Part shown: positions 1 through 10,049 of the stretch, piece by piece
How the letters are laid out: every line of letters begins with the position of its first letter
How positions within the stretch are numbered: position 1 is the first letter of the stretch
Source of the DNA: Pseudomonadota bacterium
Lineage (GTDB): Archaea; Thermoplasmatota; SW-10-69-26; JACQPN01; JAJPHT01
Reading direction: 5' to 3'
Assembly: GCA_021325135.1 (NCBI GenBank)
Contig: JAJPHT010000027.1
Span: forward strand, 43,336 to 107,335
DNA: 64,000 nucleotides
Notes under the pieces: model-generated
What the model saw: only the letters and a program-made list of their open reading frames with translations
Database searches by the model: none
What the model was told of the DNA's origin: nothing
Made by a program: the position numbers and the translations under genes

Positions 1-681
1 GTTTACGTGAACAACACGCGCCTCAACGACGACACCGAGTCCTTCCCCATCTGGAGCTTCCTCCCCACCTCGATCCCCGACACGCGCTTCTGGCTGAAGC
101 AAGAGAACAGCACGTTCACCCTCACGCCCGACTTCGACGGGCGCATCCTGCTGCCCCGTTTCTTCAGCAGCGAACCCGCCGATTCTCCTGGACGCGTCGT
201 TCTGGAGAACCAGACGTTCAATCGGCTGGAGATCCGCGTCAGCAGCCAGCTCACCCTCGGTACGGTGAGCCTCGCCTACGGCTTCGTCAAGGCCGGCGAG
301 ACCCCCTCGTGGACGCTCGGCAGCCTTCTCACGGACGCGGTGACCACCCTCGGCGGCCTCCTGGGTGGCTTCCTCAACAAAATGCTAGACTTCGTCTTCG
401 GCTTCGTTCCCCAAGGCGACAAGATCATCCTCGTGAAGGACTTCGTCAACGAGCTCGTCGGCGACGCCTACGAGGTCTTCCTCCAGGACCCGCTCCTCTT
501 CTGGCACGTCGTCATCATCGTGAGCCTCAGCTACGGGCTCCTCCTTTTCATCGACCCCATGTTCAAGCACCTCTTCCACGGCCTCTGGATGCCCGTGCGC
601 GCCGTCTGGTGGATTCTCAAGGGCCTCTGGATGATCTTCTTCTGGCTCGCCCAATTTGCCATCAGCAAACTCGCTCCTTAG
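1..681 (+). CDS. Membrane protein, 5'-partial
   Basis: Open from window start; GC3-biased codons; several hydrophobic segments in the C-terminal half; TAG overlaps the GGAGG of the next gene. Confidence 0.7.
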   Translation, partial: VYVNNTRLNDDTESFPIWSFLPTSIPDTRFWLKQENSTFTLTPDFDGRILLPRFFSSEPADSPGRVVLENQTFNRLEIRVSSQLTLGTVSLAYGFVKAGETPSWTLGSLLTDAVTTLGGLLGGFLNKMLDFVFGFVPQGDKIILVKDFVNELVGDAYEVFLQDPLLFWHVVIIVSLSYGLLLFIDPMFKHLFHGLWMPVRAVWWILKGLWMIFFWLAQFAISKLAP

Positions 682-691
682 GAGGACCCCC

Positions 692-1936
692 ATGCACCGC
701 GCCCTTCCCCTCCTTGCGCTCATCCTCCTTGCAGGCCTCCTCCTTGTCCCCCTGGCCCAGGCCACATGGAACACGACCACGAGCGTCCCGAGCAGCTTCC
801 GCCCGGGGCGTAGCGTCACCTTCTCCTACACCGCGCAGAGCACTAGCGGCACCGACCTGCCTCTTCAATGGGGCGTCCGCCTCCTGACGTGCCGCGACTC
901 GAACGCGGATGCCATCTGCTCCCCGAGCGACGCGAGCTACACCGACCGCGGCGAACAGACCCTGAGCCTCAGCGCCTCGCAGAGCGGCACCCTCAGCTGG
1001 ACCGTCAACGAGCCCGGCCCCGAGGGGACGTACACCTACAACTTCAACACGCGCTGCACGGCCACGCCCTGCACCAGCCAGCCCGCCGGCGGCAGCGCCG
1101 ACAAGCACGGCACCTACAGCGTCCAGTATACGAACACCTGGACGCGCACGCTCACCGTCCCCTCGACCGCGCCCACCGGCACCACGCAGACTGTCTCCTA
1201 CCAGCTCACCAGCACCAGCGTGGACGACTTCCCCCTCAGCGGCACCGCGACGCTCTACAGCCGCCCCGCCGGCGGCACGGAGACGCCCGAGACCGCCAAG
1301 CCCTACAGCGTCGCCGCCAACAACCAGGTGACCCTCACCTGGAACGTCGCCTTCAGCAGCCTGGGCCCACAGCAGGAACGCCTCAACGACACGTTCCGCG
1401 CGGACCTCTTCGCCAACGCGACCGTCTTCGTGGTCCACCTCCATGTCCAGCAGCCCCGCGCCGTCTACGCGCCCAGCAGCATCTGGAGCCTCTACCTGAC
1501 CTTGGAGGGCCACAACGGCGGAACGCTCCCCGTCGCGCTCGGCGGCCCCGTCACGATCAACCTGCGGAACAGCTCCTTCCTCGTGGGCACGACGATGCCC
1601 ACCACGGACGCCAACGGCCAGGCCTACGTCAGCTTCGTGGGCGCCGCCGACAGCACGATCCTCAACTGGACCGCCAACGCCACCGGCACCTGGCTGGGCT
1701 ACACCTACGCCGTGACCGCGACGGGCAGCGTCACGTTCCAGAACCAGACCCCGCCGGACCTCTCCGGCAACGTCACGCAGCTCCAGCAGAGCGTGGACGA
1801 CCTGGCTCTCCACGGCGTCCACCTGGACAACCTGGGCCAGCACGACCTCCTCCTCACCACCGGCAAGGCCGCCCTCGCGGCCCTCGCGTTCACCGGCGTC
1901 CTCGCGCTCGTCATCGTGATCGCCACGCGGTTCTGA
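692..1936 (+). CDS. Secreted Thr-rich beta-strand surface protein with C-terminal TM anchor
   Basis: GGAGG then ATG 692; signal peptide MHRALPLLALILLAGLLLVPLAQA; many NxS/T sequons; short coiled segment then TM helix. Confidence 0.8.
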   Translation: MHRALPLLALILLAGLLLVPLAQATWNTTTSVPSSFRPGRSVTFSYTAQSTSGTDLPLQWGVRLLTCRDSNADAICSPSDASYTDRGEQTLSLSASQSGTLSWTVNEPGPEGTYTYNFNTRCTATPCTSQPAGGSADKHGTYSVQYTNTWTRTLTVPSTAPTGTTQTVSYQLTSTSVDDFPLSGTATLYSRPAGGTETPETAKPYSVAANNQVTLTWNVAFSSLGPQQERLNDTFRADLFANATVFVVHLHVQQPRAVYAPSSIWSLYLTLEGHNGGTLPVALGGPVTINLRNSSFLVGTTMPTTDANGQAYVSFVGAADSTILNWTANATGTWLGYTYAVTATGSVTFQNQTPPDLSGNVTQLQQSVDDLALHGVHLDNLGQHDLLLTTGKAALAALAFTGVLALVIVIATRF

Positions 1937-2320
1937 GAAACGCCCGACGACGACCGCACCGCAGCCGGTTGGGCCCGCTCGGCGAAGCCTATTGCCGCGC
2001 CGCGATGCCAACGGCGACGAGCCAAGCCAAGAGCAGGAGGCGTGCGAGCATCGAGGGATCGAGGAAGGCGATCATGGGACCCAACAGTGACGGTGATGCC
2101 CGCGCATCCTTGCGCGCGCTTGTCACCCGGCAGCAACCGGGCAAGTCTTCCCCGTTGACTCGACCCGTTCGGTTCTGACCCCTTGCCCGATAGCGAGGAA
2201 GGTTGTGAATCGAGTCGGAGCCACCTTTGGCCTCCCTTGCTCCGAGTGGTCGGGAGCCCACGCGCCCACAAGACGAACCTCCGGAGCGTTGAGGGCGCCC
2301 GACGCGCACGAGAGGCGCGC

Positions 2321-2944
2321 ATGGTCTCCATCACCGGCAAGCAGTTCTGCATCATCCTGACCCCCGAGGGCCCGCTCAAGTTCAAGTTCCTGGAGAAGGA
2401 GCACGGCCTCCTCCACGACCGCAAGGAGAAGAAGTCCTACGCCATCGTCCGCGAGGCCCGCCCCACCAACTGGCCCCGCCGCTTCGCCAGCGTCTACCTC
2501 GTCCACGAGAGCAGCGCGCAGACCATCGACCTCAACGGCGAGCAGGTCACGATCCACGGCGCCACCGTCCGCATCCTCGACCCCCTCCGGATGGTCGCCA
2601 AGGTCCAGCTCCCCCGCGAGCTTGGCGGGGACGGCGTGGAGCGCGAAATCAACCTCACCGCGGAGGCGATCTTCGACCGCACCAAGAGCACACAACTGCG
2701 CCGCCTCTCGAACCGCCGCTTCCAATGGTACCACGTCCTCCTCTTCGTCTCCCTGGGCTTCACCATCGGCGTGGGCCTCCTCACCGGCATCTTCCTGGCC
2801 GGCGGCGGCGCGCACGCCGCGCCCGCGCCCGCGGACCACCCCGCGGTCTATGTCCCCGTGACCCCGCCCACGGGCGCGCAGAGCGGCCCCGTCAGCCCCA
2901 CGCCCGCGACGCCCACCGTGCCGACGCCCGCCCCCGCCGGGTGA
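2321..2944 (+). CDS. Hypothetical single-pass membrane protein with Pro/Thr-rich tail
   Basis: GAGG before ATG 2321; TM WYHVLLFVSLGFTIGVGLLTGIFL; paralogous remnant at 4228. Confidence 0.75.
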   Translation: MVSITGKQFCIILTPEGPLKFKFLEKEHGLLHDRKEKKSYAIVREARPTNWPRRFASVYLVHESSAQTIDLNGEQVTIHGATVRILDPLRMVAKVQLPRELGGDGVEREINLTAEAIFDRTKSTQLRRLSNRRFQWYHVLLFVSLGFTIGVGLLTGIFLAGGGAHAAPAPADHPAVYVPVTPPTGAQSGPVSPTPATPTVPTPAPAG

Positions 2945-2950
2945 GACCCA

Positions 2951-3235
2951 TTGGACGCGGGCCTCCTGCCGATCCTGGGCACCCTCGCCTTCAGCGGCGC
3001 GAGCCTTCCCTACGTCGCCCGCATCATCCGCCAGAAACGAAGCGACCAGCACAACCCCTGGACCTACGTCTCCGTCATCGCGGGTTTGCTTTCTCAACCT
3101 CGCCTGGGCCTCCTCGTGGACGGCGGCCTCGGCTATTTCTTGGGCGACCGCAGTGGGATTGCCTTCTATGTGTTGGGCCTTGGCGTGGTCTGGTACTATG
3201 GTGCGGAATGGCAGTGCCGAGATCAGATACCTTGA
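2951..3235 (+). CDS. Small membrane protein, PQ-loop/SemiSWEET-like (possibly degenerate)
   Basis: TM followed by LPYVARIIRQKRS resembles the PQ-loop pattern; 3' half loses the GC bias. Confidence 0.4.
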   Translation: MDAGLLPILGTLAFSGASLPYVARIIRQKRSDQHNPWTYVSVIAGLLSQPRLGLLVDGGLGYFLGDRSGIAFYVLGLGVVWYYGAEWQCRDQIP

Positions 3236-3532
3236 AAAACAGGACAAAAACCCCGAGTTTTGTTTTCACAGATCGTCGGCTTTTCCTCGGTAAAGAATCC
3301 CGCAAAGGAATGGGATGAACGGGCCCCCGCCTTGGGCCTTCGTCGTATTTGAATAGACGGGCCGTACAATTCCTGGACCGGTGTTCTTGTCTCGGCGGCC
3401 CGCCGAAGAGTCACATTTCGTGATAGCCACGGTCCGTGCTACAGTTCGCGCAACTGGCCCATCGAGAAAAAAAAGTGCGTGACGAAGGTGGCAGCTTGCT
3501 GCCTGGATGGTCAACGGTGGCGCCGAGCGGTA

Positions 3533-3724
3533 TCAGCATTTGCTCGGATCCTCACGACAAAGCACCGCGGTCGATTCTACGCAGAGCTTCCCTGTCACCG
3601 TTCCGATGCAGAACCCTGGCGTGCAAGTCCAGTTCTGTGGACAGGCCGCGGCAGCGTCTGGCGTCACGAGGACAACCATACACGTCATGAGCGCCCCGAT
3701 CATCACCAAAGTCACAAATCTCAC
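3533..3724 (-). CDS. Small secreted Cys-rich peptide
   Basis: Hydrophobic N-terminus ending AAAA, then a 36-aa segment with 6 Cys. Confidence 0.45.
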   Translation of the reverse strand: MRFVTLVMIGALMTCMVVLVTPDAAAACPQNWTCTPGFCIGTVTGKLCVESTAVLCREDPSKC

Positions 3725-4227
3725 AGGCTCACATGTCCTCGGGCGAGTTTCGCCCGTGGCGTCTATGCTAACTGGTAGTTTGAATTTTTCCCCGAGGTCG
3801 TTCCTGGGAAGAATTCGTCAGGAAGCACTTCGTACATGGTCCCACCTCGCCTGGCTTGCGAGAAATCCTGTGGAATCTGCTCTAGTTCGGTTCTTCAAAA
3901 CTTAAAGGCTGAACAGAACTTGCTCAATTCTTCGCAAGACATCCAGTAAAGGATAGAAGAAAGTTTCCCGTTATAGCCGCACCCGGTCCACGATCTCCTC
4001 ACCTGGCATCGTGAATGCCATGTGAGAATGAAATCGAGTGGGGCGTGGACGGTCCACTGAGACTTTCGCTGCCCTCTCTGTTATTCATAAGGAGCGGGCC
4101 AGCATTCCACTGCTGAGGAGAATCCTCTTCGGGCGCTCTGTCGTCCCGACTTTGTCGGCACAGAGCATGTGAATGCCGGACGAACCTTCGTCGCGTTGAG
4201 GCCATCCGCAGGCCACAAGGACGGTGC

Positions 4228-4575
4228 ATGTTCGCAGCCGCCGGCAAGAAGTTCTGCATCATTCTGACTCTCAAAAGTCCGTCGAACTTCAACTTCCTGC
4301 AGAAGGAGCACGGCCTTCTCCACGACCGCAAGGAGAAGAAGTCCTACGCCATCGTGCGCGGGGCTCGCCCTATGAACTGTCCCCACCGCCTCGCCAGCAT
4401 CTACCACGTCCACGAGGGCAGCGCGGAGACCATCGACCTCCACGGCGAGCAGGTCACGATCCACGGCGCTACCGTCCGCATGCTTGGCCCCCCTGCGGAT
4501 GGTCGCCAAGATCAGCCTGCCCCGTGAGTTGGGCGGGGACGGCGTACAGCGTCAGGTAAACCCCTACCGCCGAGG
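4228..4575 (+). pseudogene. Frameshifted, truncated duplicate of the 2321-2944 gene
   Basis: KEHGLLHDRKEKKSYAIVR and GEQVTIHGATVR shared; +1 C near 4490 shifts the frame; homology (LRMVAKISLPRELGGDGV) continues in another frame and stops near 4575. Confidence 0.85.
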
Positions 4576-4796
4576 CTCGTACCGGCACATTCAGTGCTCC
4601 ACACCTAGGTTATAAGCTCCAGGCCAGCGTTTCCAACTTGAGGAGAAGCCACTCCTACCATTCTGTCCTCTCTGGTGTGCTGGTACAGACCAAGTGATTC
4701 CCGGAGAAAAGCCAAGCCTGGGACGCCCCTCCCACGCGCATGCTTGGAAGCCTGTTGGACACCCTTATGGGCAGGACGCCCCTTGGGCCGAATGCC

Positions 4797-5522
4797 ATGC
4801 GCCTGCCCCTGGGGTGCCCGCCCCTCGACGAGCTGCTCCACGGGGGCGTGGAGTCGGGGGCGCTGACCGAGCTGTTCGGCGAGGCCGGCGCCGGCAAGAC
4901 CAACGTCTGCCTGCAGCTGGCGCGCAACGCCGCGCTGGCGGGGCGCAAGACCGTCTACATCGACACCGAGGGCGTCTCGCTGGAGCGCCTCGCGCAGATC
5001 AGCGGCGACCACGTGGACCGCGTGCGGCAGAACGTCCTCTTCTTCGAGCCCTACAGCCTGCGCGAGCAGGAGGCCATCGTGGAGCGCGTCGCGCGCCTCG
5101 CGGCCGGCACGCCCGAGATCGGCCTCGTCTGCTTCGACAGCGCCACGCTCCACTACCGCATCGCGCTGGGCACGGGGGACGACGTGGGCGGCCGCCGCGC
5201 GCTGGCCGCGCAGCTTCACGTCCTCGCCGGCGTCGCCCGCAAGCGCGACATCCCCGTCGTCATCACCAACCAGGTGACGACCAACCTGGACACCGACGAG
5301 CTTGAGCCCCTGGGCGGCCAGATCGTGCGCCACCTCAGCAAGGCCGTCCTCCGGCTGGACAAGGTCGCCCCCGGCCGCCGTCGCGCGACCATCATGAAGC
5401 ACCGCAGCGTGCAGGAGGGGCTCAGCGCCGAGTTCCGCCTCACCAACGCGGGCGTTGTAGGCGAGGGCGACGCGCCGGCCCTCGTGGCCTCCGGCGCGCC
5501 GATCCGCACGACGGACGCCTGA
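4797..5522 (+). CDS. radB: DNA repair and recombination protein RadB
   Basis: RecA-like Walker A GEAGAGKT, IDTEG, ITNQV; no N-terminal domain; RadB-specific KHR motif. Confidence 0.92.
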   Translation: MRLPLGCPPLDELLHGGVESGALTELFGEAGAGKTNVCLQLARNAALAGRKTVYIDTEGVSLERLAQISGDHVDRVRQNVLFFEPYSLREQEAIVERVARLAAGTPEIGLVCFDSATLHYRIALGTGDDVGGRRALAAQLHVLAGVARKRDIPVVITNQVTTNLDTDELEPLGGQIVRHLSKAVLRLDKVAPGRRRATIMKHRSVQEGLSAEFRLTNAGVVGEGDAPALVASGAPIRTTDA

Positions 5523-5527
5523 GGCGC

Positions 5528-6106
5528 TCAGGGCGCGGCCCGCTCCACGACGGCGAGCCACGCCTGGGCCGGCCCCATGAGCGACTCGAACTGCGCGGGC
5601 TCCACGCGCAGCACGCGCCAGCCGTGGGCGAACGCGTCGCGGATCTCCTTCTCGCGGACGCGCCTCGGGCCCCAGCCGGGCGGCTCCCGGTCGCTGAAGA
5701 CCAGCATGTGATATCGCCCTCCGGGCTCGACGACGGAGGCGAGACTCTCCACGTAGCGGGCGCGGTCCTCGTCGTCGAAGACGTGGAAGAGGCCGACGTC
5801 CAGGACGGACTCGAACTGGCGCCCCAGCGCGCCAAGGTCCAGCGCGTCCGCCACGAGGAGGTCCACCTTGGCGCCGCGCGCCCGGGCCTTGGCCTTCGCC
5901 TTCTCGATGGCGCGGGGCGCGGCGTCGACGCCCGTGACCGCGAGCCCCCGCTGCGCGAGGAGGATCGCGTGCTCGCCCGTGCCGCACCCCGCGTCGAGCA
6001 CGCGGCCGCGGAAGGCGCCTTCGTCGGCGAGGCGCACGACGGCGGGCTGCGGGCGGCCGATGTCCCACGGGGGCGTCCCTTCGTAGCGTTCGTTGAACGA
6101 GGCCAT
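5528..6106 (-). CDS. Class I SAM-dependent methyltransferase
   Basis: PPWDIGRPQP, VLDAGCGTG, DVGLFH motifs. Confidence 0.9.
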   Translation of the reverse strand: MASFNERYEGTPPWDIGRPQPAVVRLADEGAFRGRVLDAGCGTGEHAILLAQRGLAVTGVDAAPRAIEKAKAKARARGAKVDLLVADALDLGALGRQFESVLDVGLFHVFDDEDRARYVESLASVVEPGGRYHMLVFSDREPPGWGPRRVREKEIRDAFAHGWRVLRVEPAQFESLMGPAQAWLAVVERAAP

Positions 6107-6167
6107 GGCCCCTCATCGTCCCGGGGAAGCAAGAGTTCATGCTCGCGCCGCGCGAGGCGGGCCCCCG

Positions 6168-6692
6168 ATGCTGGACGCCTACGCCGACGCCCTCCTGCGC
6201 GAGCGCCGCGAGAAGGACCGCGCGTTCAAGACCGACCCCCATTCGCCCATCCCGCGGGCGGAGCGCGCGTCGTTCCAGGGGCTTCGCTACTACGATCCCG
6301 ATCCGTCGTACCGCGTCGTCGCGCGCTGGGAGCCCGCCGCGGCGCCCAAGCCCGTCCGCGTGCAGACCAGCACGGGCGAGGTGCGTGAGTACCTGGACGC
6401 GGGCGTGCTGCGCGCGACGCTCCCCGTGGGCGAGGTCGCGCTGCACGGCTACGAGGGCGTGGGCGACGGCCTCTTCGTGCCCTTCCGCGACGCGACCTCG
6501 GGGAAGGAGACCTACGGCGCGGGGCGCTACCTCGACCTGGAGCGGCCCCACGGCGGCGCGCTGGAGGTCGACTTCAACCGCGCCTACAGCCCGTACTGCG
6601 CGTACAGCGAGGACTACTCGTGCCCCTTTCCGCCGCCGGACAACTGGCTGAAGCTCCCCATCCGCGCGGGCGAGCGGAGCTATCACGAGTGA
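6168..6692 (+). CDS. DUF1684 family protein
   Basis: FRDATSGKETYGAGRYL and DFNRAYSPYCAYS...CPFPP..N motifs. Confidence 0.9.
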   Translation: MLDAYADALLRERREKDRAFKTDPHSPIPRAERASFQGLRYYDPDPSYRVVARWEPAAAPKPVRVQTSTGEVREYLDAGVLRATLPVGEVALHGYEGVGDGLFVPFRDATSGKETYGAGRYLDLERPHGGALEVDFNRAYSPYCAYSEDYSCPFPPPDNWLKLPIRAGERSYHE

Positions 6693-6698
6693 GCAGGC

Positions 6699-7259
6699 TC
6701 AGCAGGTGACGCCGCAGTGGATGCTGTTCACGGCCCACGTCATGGCGCCGATGGCGATGGTGCCCATGAGGACGCTGGTCATGCTCGCCATGCCCAGCTC
6801 CTTGCCCAGCTTCGCCATCTCCGCCTGCACCTCGGGGGCGGGCGGCGTCGGCGGGGCGCCGGGCTCGGGCGTGGGGAGCGCCTGCATCATGGCGAGGAGC
6901 TTCTTCGCCGTGGGCGTGATGATCCACACGCCCTCGATGAGCATGCCCACGGCCATGACGACGCCGAGGCCCAGCGCGGTGCCGTACCCCTTGATGCGGA
7001 ACGCGGAGCCGATGTTGGAGAAGCCGCCCAGGAGGCCCAGCACCCAGAAGCCGGTGACGATGGTCATGGCGCCCGCGACGTAGAAGTAGCGCGTCACGCC
7101 GCCCAGCACGGCCTCCAGGAACGGCCTCCGGAGGGGCGGCGGGCCCCGGGCGAGCACGCGGGGCGCGATGACCATGGCCCAGAAGAACGCGCCGCCCACC
7201 CAGGCGACGCCGCTGAGGACGTGGAGGAACCGGATGACCCAGATGTACCAGGCGGCCAT
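6699..7259 (-). CDS. Four-helix membrane protein (CopD-like N-terminal motif)
   Basis: RFLHVLSGVAWVGG plus 4 TM segments. Confidence 0.7.
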   Translation of the reverse strand: MAAWYIWVIRFLHVLSGVAWVGGAFFWAMVIAPRVLARGPPPLRRPFLEAVLGGVTRYFYVAGAMTIVTGFWVLGLLGGFSNIGSAFRIKGYGTALGLGVVMAVGMLIEGVWIITPTAKKLLAMMQALPTPEPGAPPTPPAPEVQAEMAKLGKELGMASMTSVLMGTIAIGAMTWAVNSIHCGVTC

Positions 7260-7285
7260 GTCCGCCGGAGCCCGGCTGGGGTGCT

Positions 7286-8140
7286 TCAAGCCCTCGGTCC
7301 GTCTTGGGTCTCCTTCCCCACAAGCTCGCCCACGTCAAGCTCCGCGGTGCCCCAAAGCTCCTCGAAGCGCGCGGAAAGCTCGCCCGCGAACTTGGGGTCC
7401 CAGATGTAGACCGTCGCGAAGTACGCGCGGGGGTTCACCGGGTTCTTCACGCCCACGATGGCCTTCTCGCCGTCCACCACCGCGAAGGGCACGACCTCGC
7501 CCTCGATGACGCGCACGTGGAGGCGCTTGCCCAGATGCGGGATCATGGTGCGCGCGATGACCTCGTTGAGCGGCGAGTCGAGGATGGTGGGGATGTCGGC
7601 CTCGCGCAGGAGGATGCGCGTGCGCACGCCGCGCTCCACCGCCGCGACCAGCGCGTCGAAGAGGTCCTTGTCCTGCGCCTGGTAGGTGGGGACCTCCAGG
7701 TTCACGTCCATGCTCTGCGCGGCCTCGGCGAGCTTCTCCACCAGGAAGCTGCGGCTCTGCTCCTCGCCTACGCTCGCGCTGTAGAAGCTGGAGGGGTCCT
7801 TCTTGACCTTGGGCGAGAGGCGCTTCTCCAGGTCGCTGGCGAGGCGCGTCAGGTCCGCGTAGCGGTCGTCGAGCTCCCGCTTGCGCTGCGCGAGGAGGAG
7901 GCTCATGGCGACGCGGGGCTGCACGGCGCGGTACTGCTTCGGGCGCCCCTCGTGGAGCGTGAGGAGGCCGCGGTCCACCAGGGAGTTGAGCACGTCGTAC
8001 ACGCGCCCGAAGGGGATGCCCGCCTTGTGCGCGACCAGCGACGCGTCCGCGCTGCCCAGCCGCAGGAGGACCGAGTAGGCGCCCGCCTCGTAGCTCGACA
8101 GGCCGAAGCCCTTCAGCTCCTCCGCCGCGTCGACGTCCAC
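7286..8140 (-). CDS. TrmB family transcriptional regulator
   Basis: FGLSSYEAGAY..LL, IPFGRVYDVLNSL, GRPKQYRAV. Confidence 0.9.
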   Translation of the reverse strand: MDVDAAEELKGFGLSSYEAGAYSVLLRLGSADASLVAHKAGIPFGRVYDVLNSLVDRGLLTLHEGRPKQYRAVQPRVAMSLLLAQRKRELDDRYADLTRLASDLEKRLSPKVKKDPSSFYSASVGEEQSRSFLVEKLAEAAQSMDVNLEVPTYQAQDKDLFDALVAAVERGVRTRILLREADIPTILDSPLNEVIARTMIPHLGKRLHVRVIEGEVVPFAVVDGEKAIVGVKNPVNPRAYFATVYIWDPKFAGELSARFEELWGTAELDVGELVGKETQDGPRA

Positions 8141-8289
8141 GCCTCCGGATCGGGGCGGCCGAGGGTAAGGCTTCCGTCCTTACAACCCGGGCCGGGTTGG
8201 AAGCGCCTGGGGGGAGAAGGGTTTCCAACTCCGGCCACGTTGATGGGCGAGGCGCAGCTTTATGCCGGCTCCCGGGCTCCCCGCACACC

Positions 8290-9261
8290 ATGAGCCGGCT
8301 CCGGGCAGCCGCGGCCTTGGACGTCGAGGGCGCGCTGAAGCAGGTCGAGGCCGCCATCGCGCAGGCGGTCGACTGCCAGGAGCCCCTTCTGCGCCAGATG
8401 GTGGCGGAGCTCGTCCGTGCTGGCGGCAAGCGCATGCGCCCCCGCATCGCGCTGCTGGCGTTCGACGCGTGCGGCGGTGGCGAGGCCGACCTGGACAAGG
8501 TGGTGGACGCCGCGGCGGCCTTCGAGCTGATCCACACCGCGAGCCTCGTCCACGACGACATCATCGACCAGAGCCCGCTGCGCCGCGGCCGCCCCACGGT
8601 CCACGTGAGCTACGGCACGCCCCACGCCATCGTGGCGGGCGACTTCCTCTTCACCCAGGGCTTCGCCCTCTCCGGCCGCCTGCCCAAGGAGGTCATCCGC
8701 GTGACCGCCGAGGCGTGCGTGCGTCTCGCGGAGGGCGAGGTCATGGAGCAGCGCCTCCTGGCGGAGGAGGTGGACGAGGAGTCCTACCTCACCATCATCG
8801 CCAAGAAGACCGCGGAGCCCATCCGCGCGTGCGCCATGACCGGCGCGCTGCTGGCGGGCGCGCCCAAGGAGGTCGTCGAGGCGCTGGGCCACTACGGCCT
8901 GGAGATCGGCATCGCCTTCCAGATCGCGGACGACGTGCTGGACATCGCGGGCAACCCGGCCGAGACCGGCAAGGCCGTGGGCCAGGACGCCAAGACCGGC
9001 GTGCTCACGCTCCCCGTGGGGCTGAACGAGGCCGGGACGGACCCCGGCTGGGACGCGAAGACGTTCCGCTCCATGGCGCGGCAGACCGACCCCGAGGAGC
9101 TTCGTCGCCTCCTCCAGGAGACCGGCGCCATCGACAAGGCGCGCGGCGTCGCCCAGAAGTACAGCGACCGGGCCAAGGCGCGCCTCGCCGTGCTGCCCCC
9201 CGGCCCCTCCAAGGACGCCCTCGTCGCGCTGGCCGATTCGGTCGTGAAGCGGCGCTCCTGA
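8290..9261 (+). CDS. Trans-polyprenyl diphosphate synthase
   Basis: GGKRMRP, HDDIID...RRG, KT and QIADDVLD motifs. Confidence 0.93.
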   Translation: MSRLRAAAALDVEGALKQVEAAIAQAVDCQEPLLRQMVAELVRAGGKRMRPRIALLAFDACGGGEADLDKVVDAAAAFELIHTASLVHDDIIDQSPLRRGRPTVHVSYGTPHAIVAGDFLFTQGFALSGRLPKEVIRVTAEACVRLAEGEVMEQRLLAEEVDEESYLTIIAKKTAEPIRACAMTGALLAGAPKEVVEALGHYGLEIGIAFQIADDVLDIAGNPAETGKAVGQDAKTGVLTLPVGLNEAGTDPGWDAKTFRSMARQTDPEELRRLLQETGAIDKARGVAQKYSDRAKARLAVLPPGPSKDALVALADSVVKRRS

Positions 9262-9370
9262 GGCGCGGCCGTCGCATCCAGCGGGGCAAAGAAGATCGCT
9301 CCCCCAGCCTCCACCCCCCTCGTGACGGCCCTTCCACGCCCCCACGCCATGCCCCCTGGACCCTCATTCA

Positions 9371-9395
9371 GCCCCAAGTTTCCAAAAAGTGGGGC
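9371..9395. promoter_or_regulatory. Inverted repeat upstream of the antitoxin, candidate operator
   Basis: GCCCCA-N13-TGGGGC immediately before an AT-rich TATA-like ACATTAAG. Confidence 0.4.
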
Positions 9396-9429
9396 AAACA
9401 TTAAGGATGCGGGGCAACGATCCCTCCTC

Positions 9430-9630
9430 ATGCCAGCCGAAGCCGTCGAGCACCTGGACGCCCGAGGCCGCGTCACCGTGAAGGCCGCGTTCCGCGACCG
9501 CCTCAAGGACGGCTACGTCCAGATCCTCACCCCGGACGGCGTGCTCTTCCGCCGCGTCTCCACGACGCCGCTAAGGACGAAGGCGCCCGCCCTGGACGAC
9601 GTGGACGGCGAGGCGATGGCGGACCTCTGA
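9430..9630 (+). CDS. AbrB/MazE-like antitoxin (VapB)
   Basis: LDARGRVTV..FRDRL AbrB-type motif; TGATG coupling to a PIN gene. Confidence 0.75.
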   Translation: MPAEAVEHLDARGRVTVKAAFRDRLKDGYVQILTPDGVLFRRVSTTPLRTKAPALDDVDGEAMADL

Positions 9631-10049
9631 TGCCCGACGCGGCCCCCCACGGGGGCGGGCTGCCGGTCCCTTCTGTGGACGGGCCCGACCTCGCCGACCT
9701 CAACCTCGTCCTTGCGCACCTCAAGCAGGCCGACGCCCTGAAGGCGCGCGCCGAGAAGCACCTCCGCGCCGCGGGCGCGCCCCTCGTGACCTTCGCCGTG
9801 GGCATCGAGCTTCTCCTCTGGTGCCGCAAGCACTCCCTGAGCCCCCTGGACTTCGTGGAGCGGTGCGTCACCACCTTCGAGGTGGAGGGGAGCGACGTGC
9901 TGCTGGCCGCGGCCTACGCCATGGAGCGCGACGGCATCGCGAGCCCTTTCGACGCCGTGCATCTCGCCGAGGCGATGCACCGCAGGGCGCGGCTCGTCAC
10001 GGCGGACGACCGGCTGCTGCGCTCGAAGTACCCGACCCTGGCCTACTGA
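9630..10049 (+). CDS. PIN domain toxin (VapC-like)
   Basis: DLN, E, FDAVHLA, LVTAD acidic PIN motifs. Confidence 0.8.
   Translation: MPDAAPHGGGLPVPSVDGPDLADLNLVLAHLKQADALKARAEKHLRAAGAPLVTFAVGIELLLWCRKHSLSPLDFVERCVTTFEVEGSDVLLAAAYAMERDGIASPFDAVHLAEAMHRRARLVTADDRLLRSKYPTLAY

Noticed and set aside
1989-2075. 28-aa hydrophobic ORF on the minus strand (MIAFLDPSMLARLLLLAWLVAVGIAARQ)
   Set aside because: Could be a small membrane peptide, but too short to support without homologs
4580-4790. tRNA or att site at the end of the low-GC region
   Set aside because: I could not find a cloverleaf, T-loop consensus or flanking direct repeat
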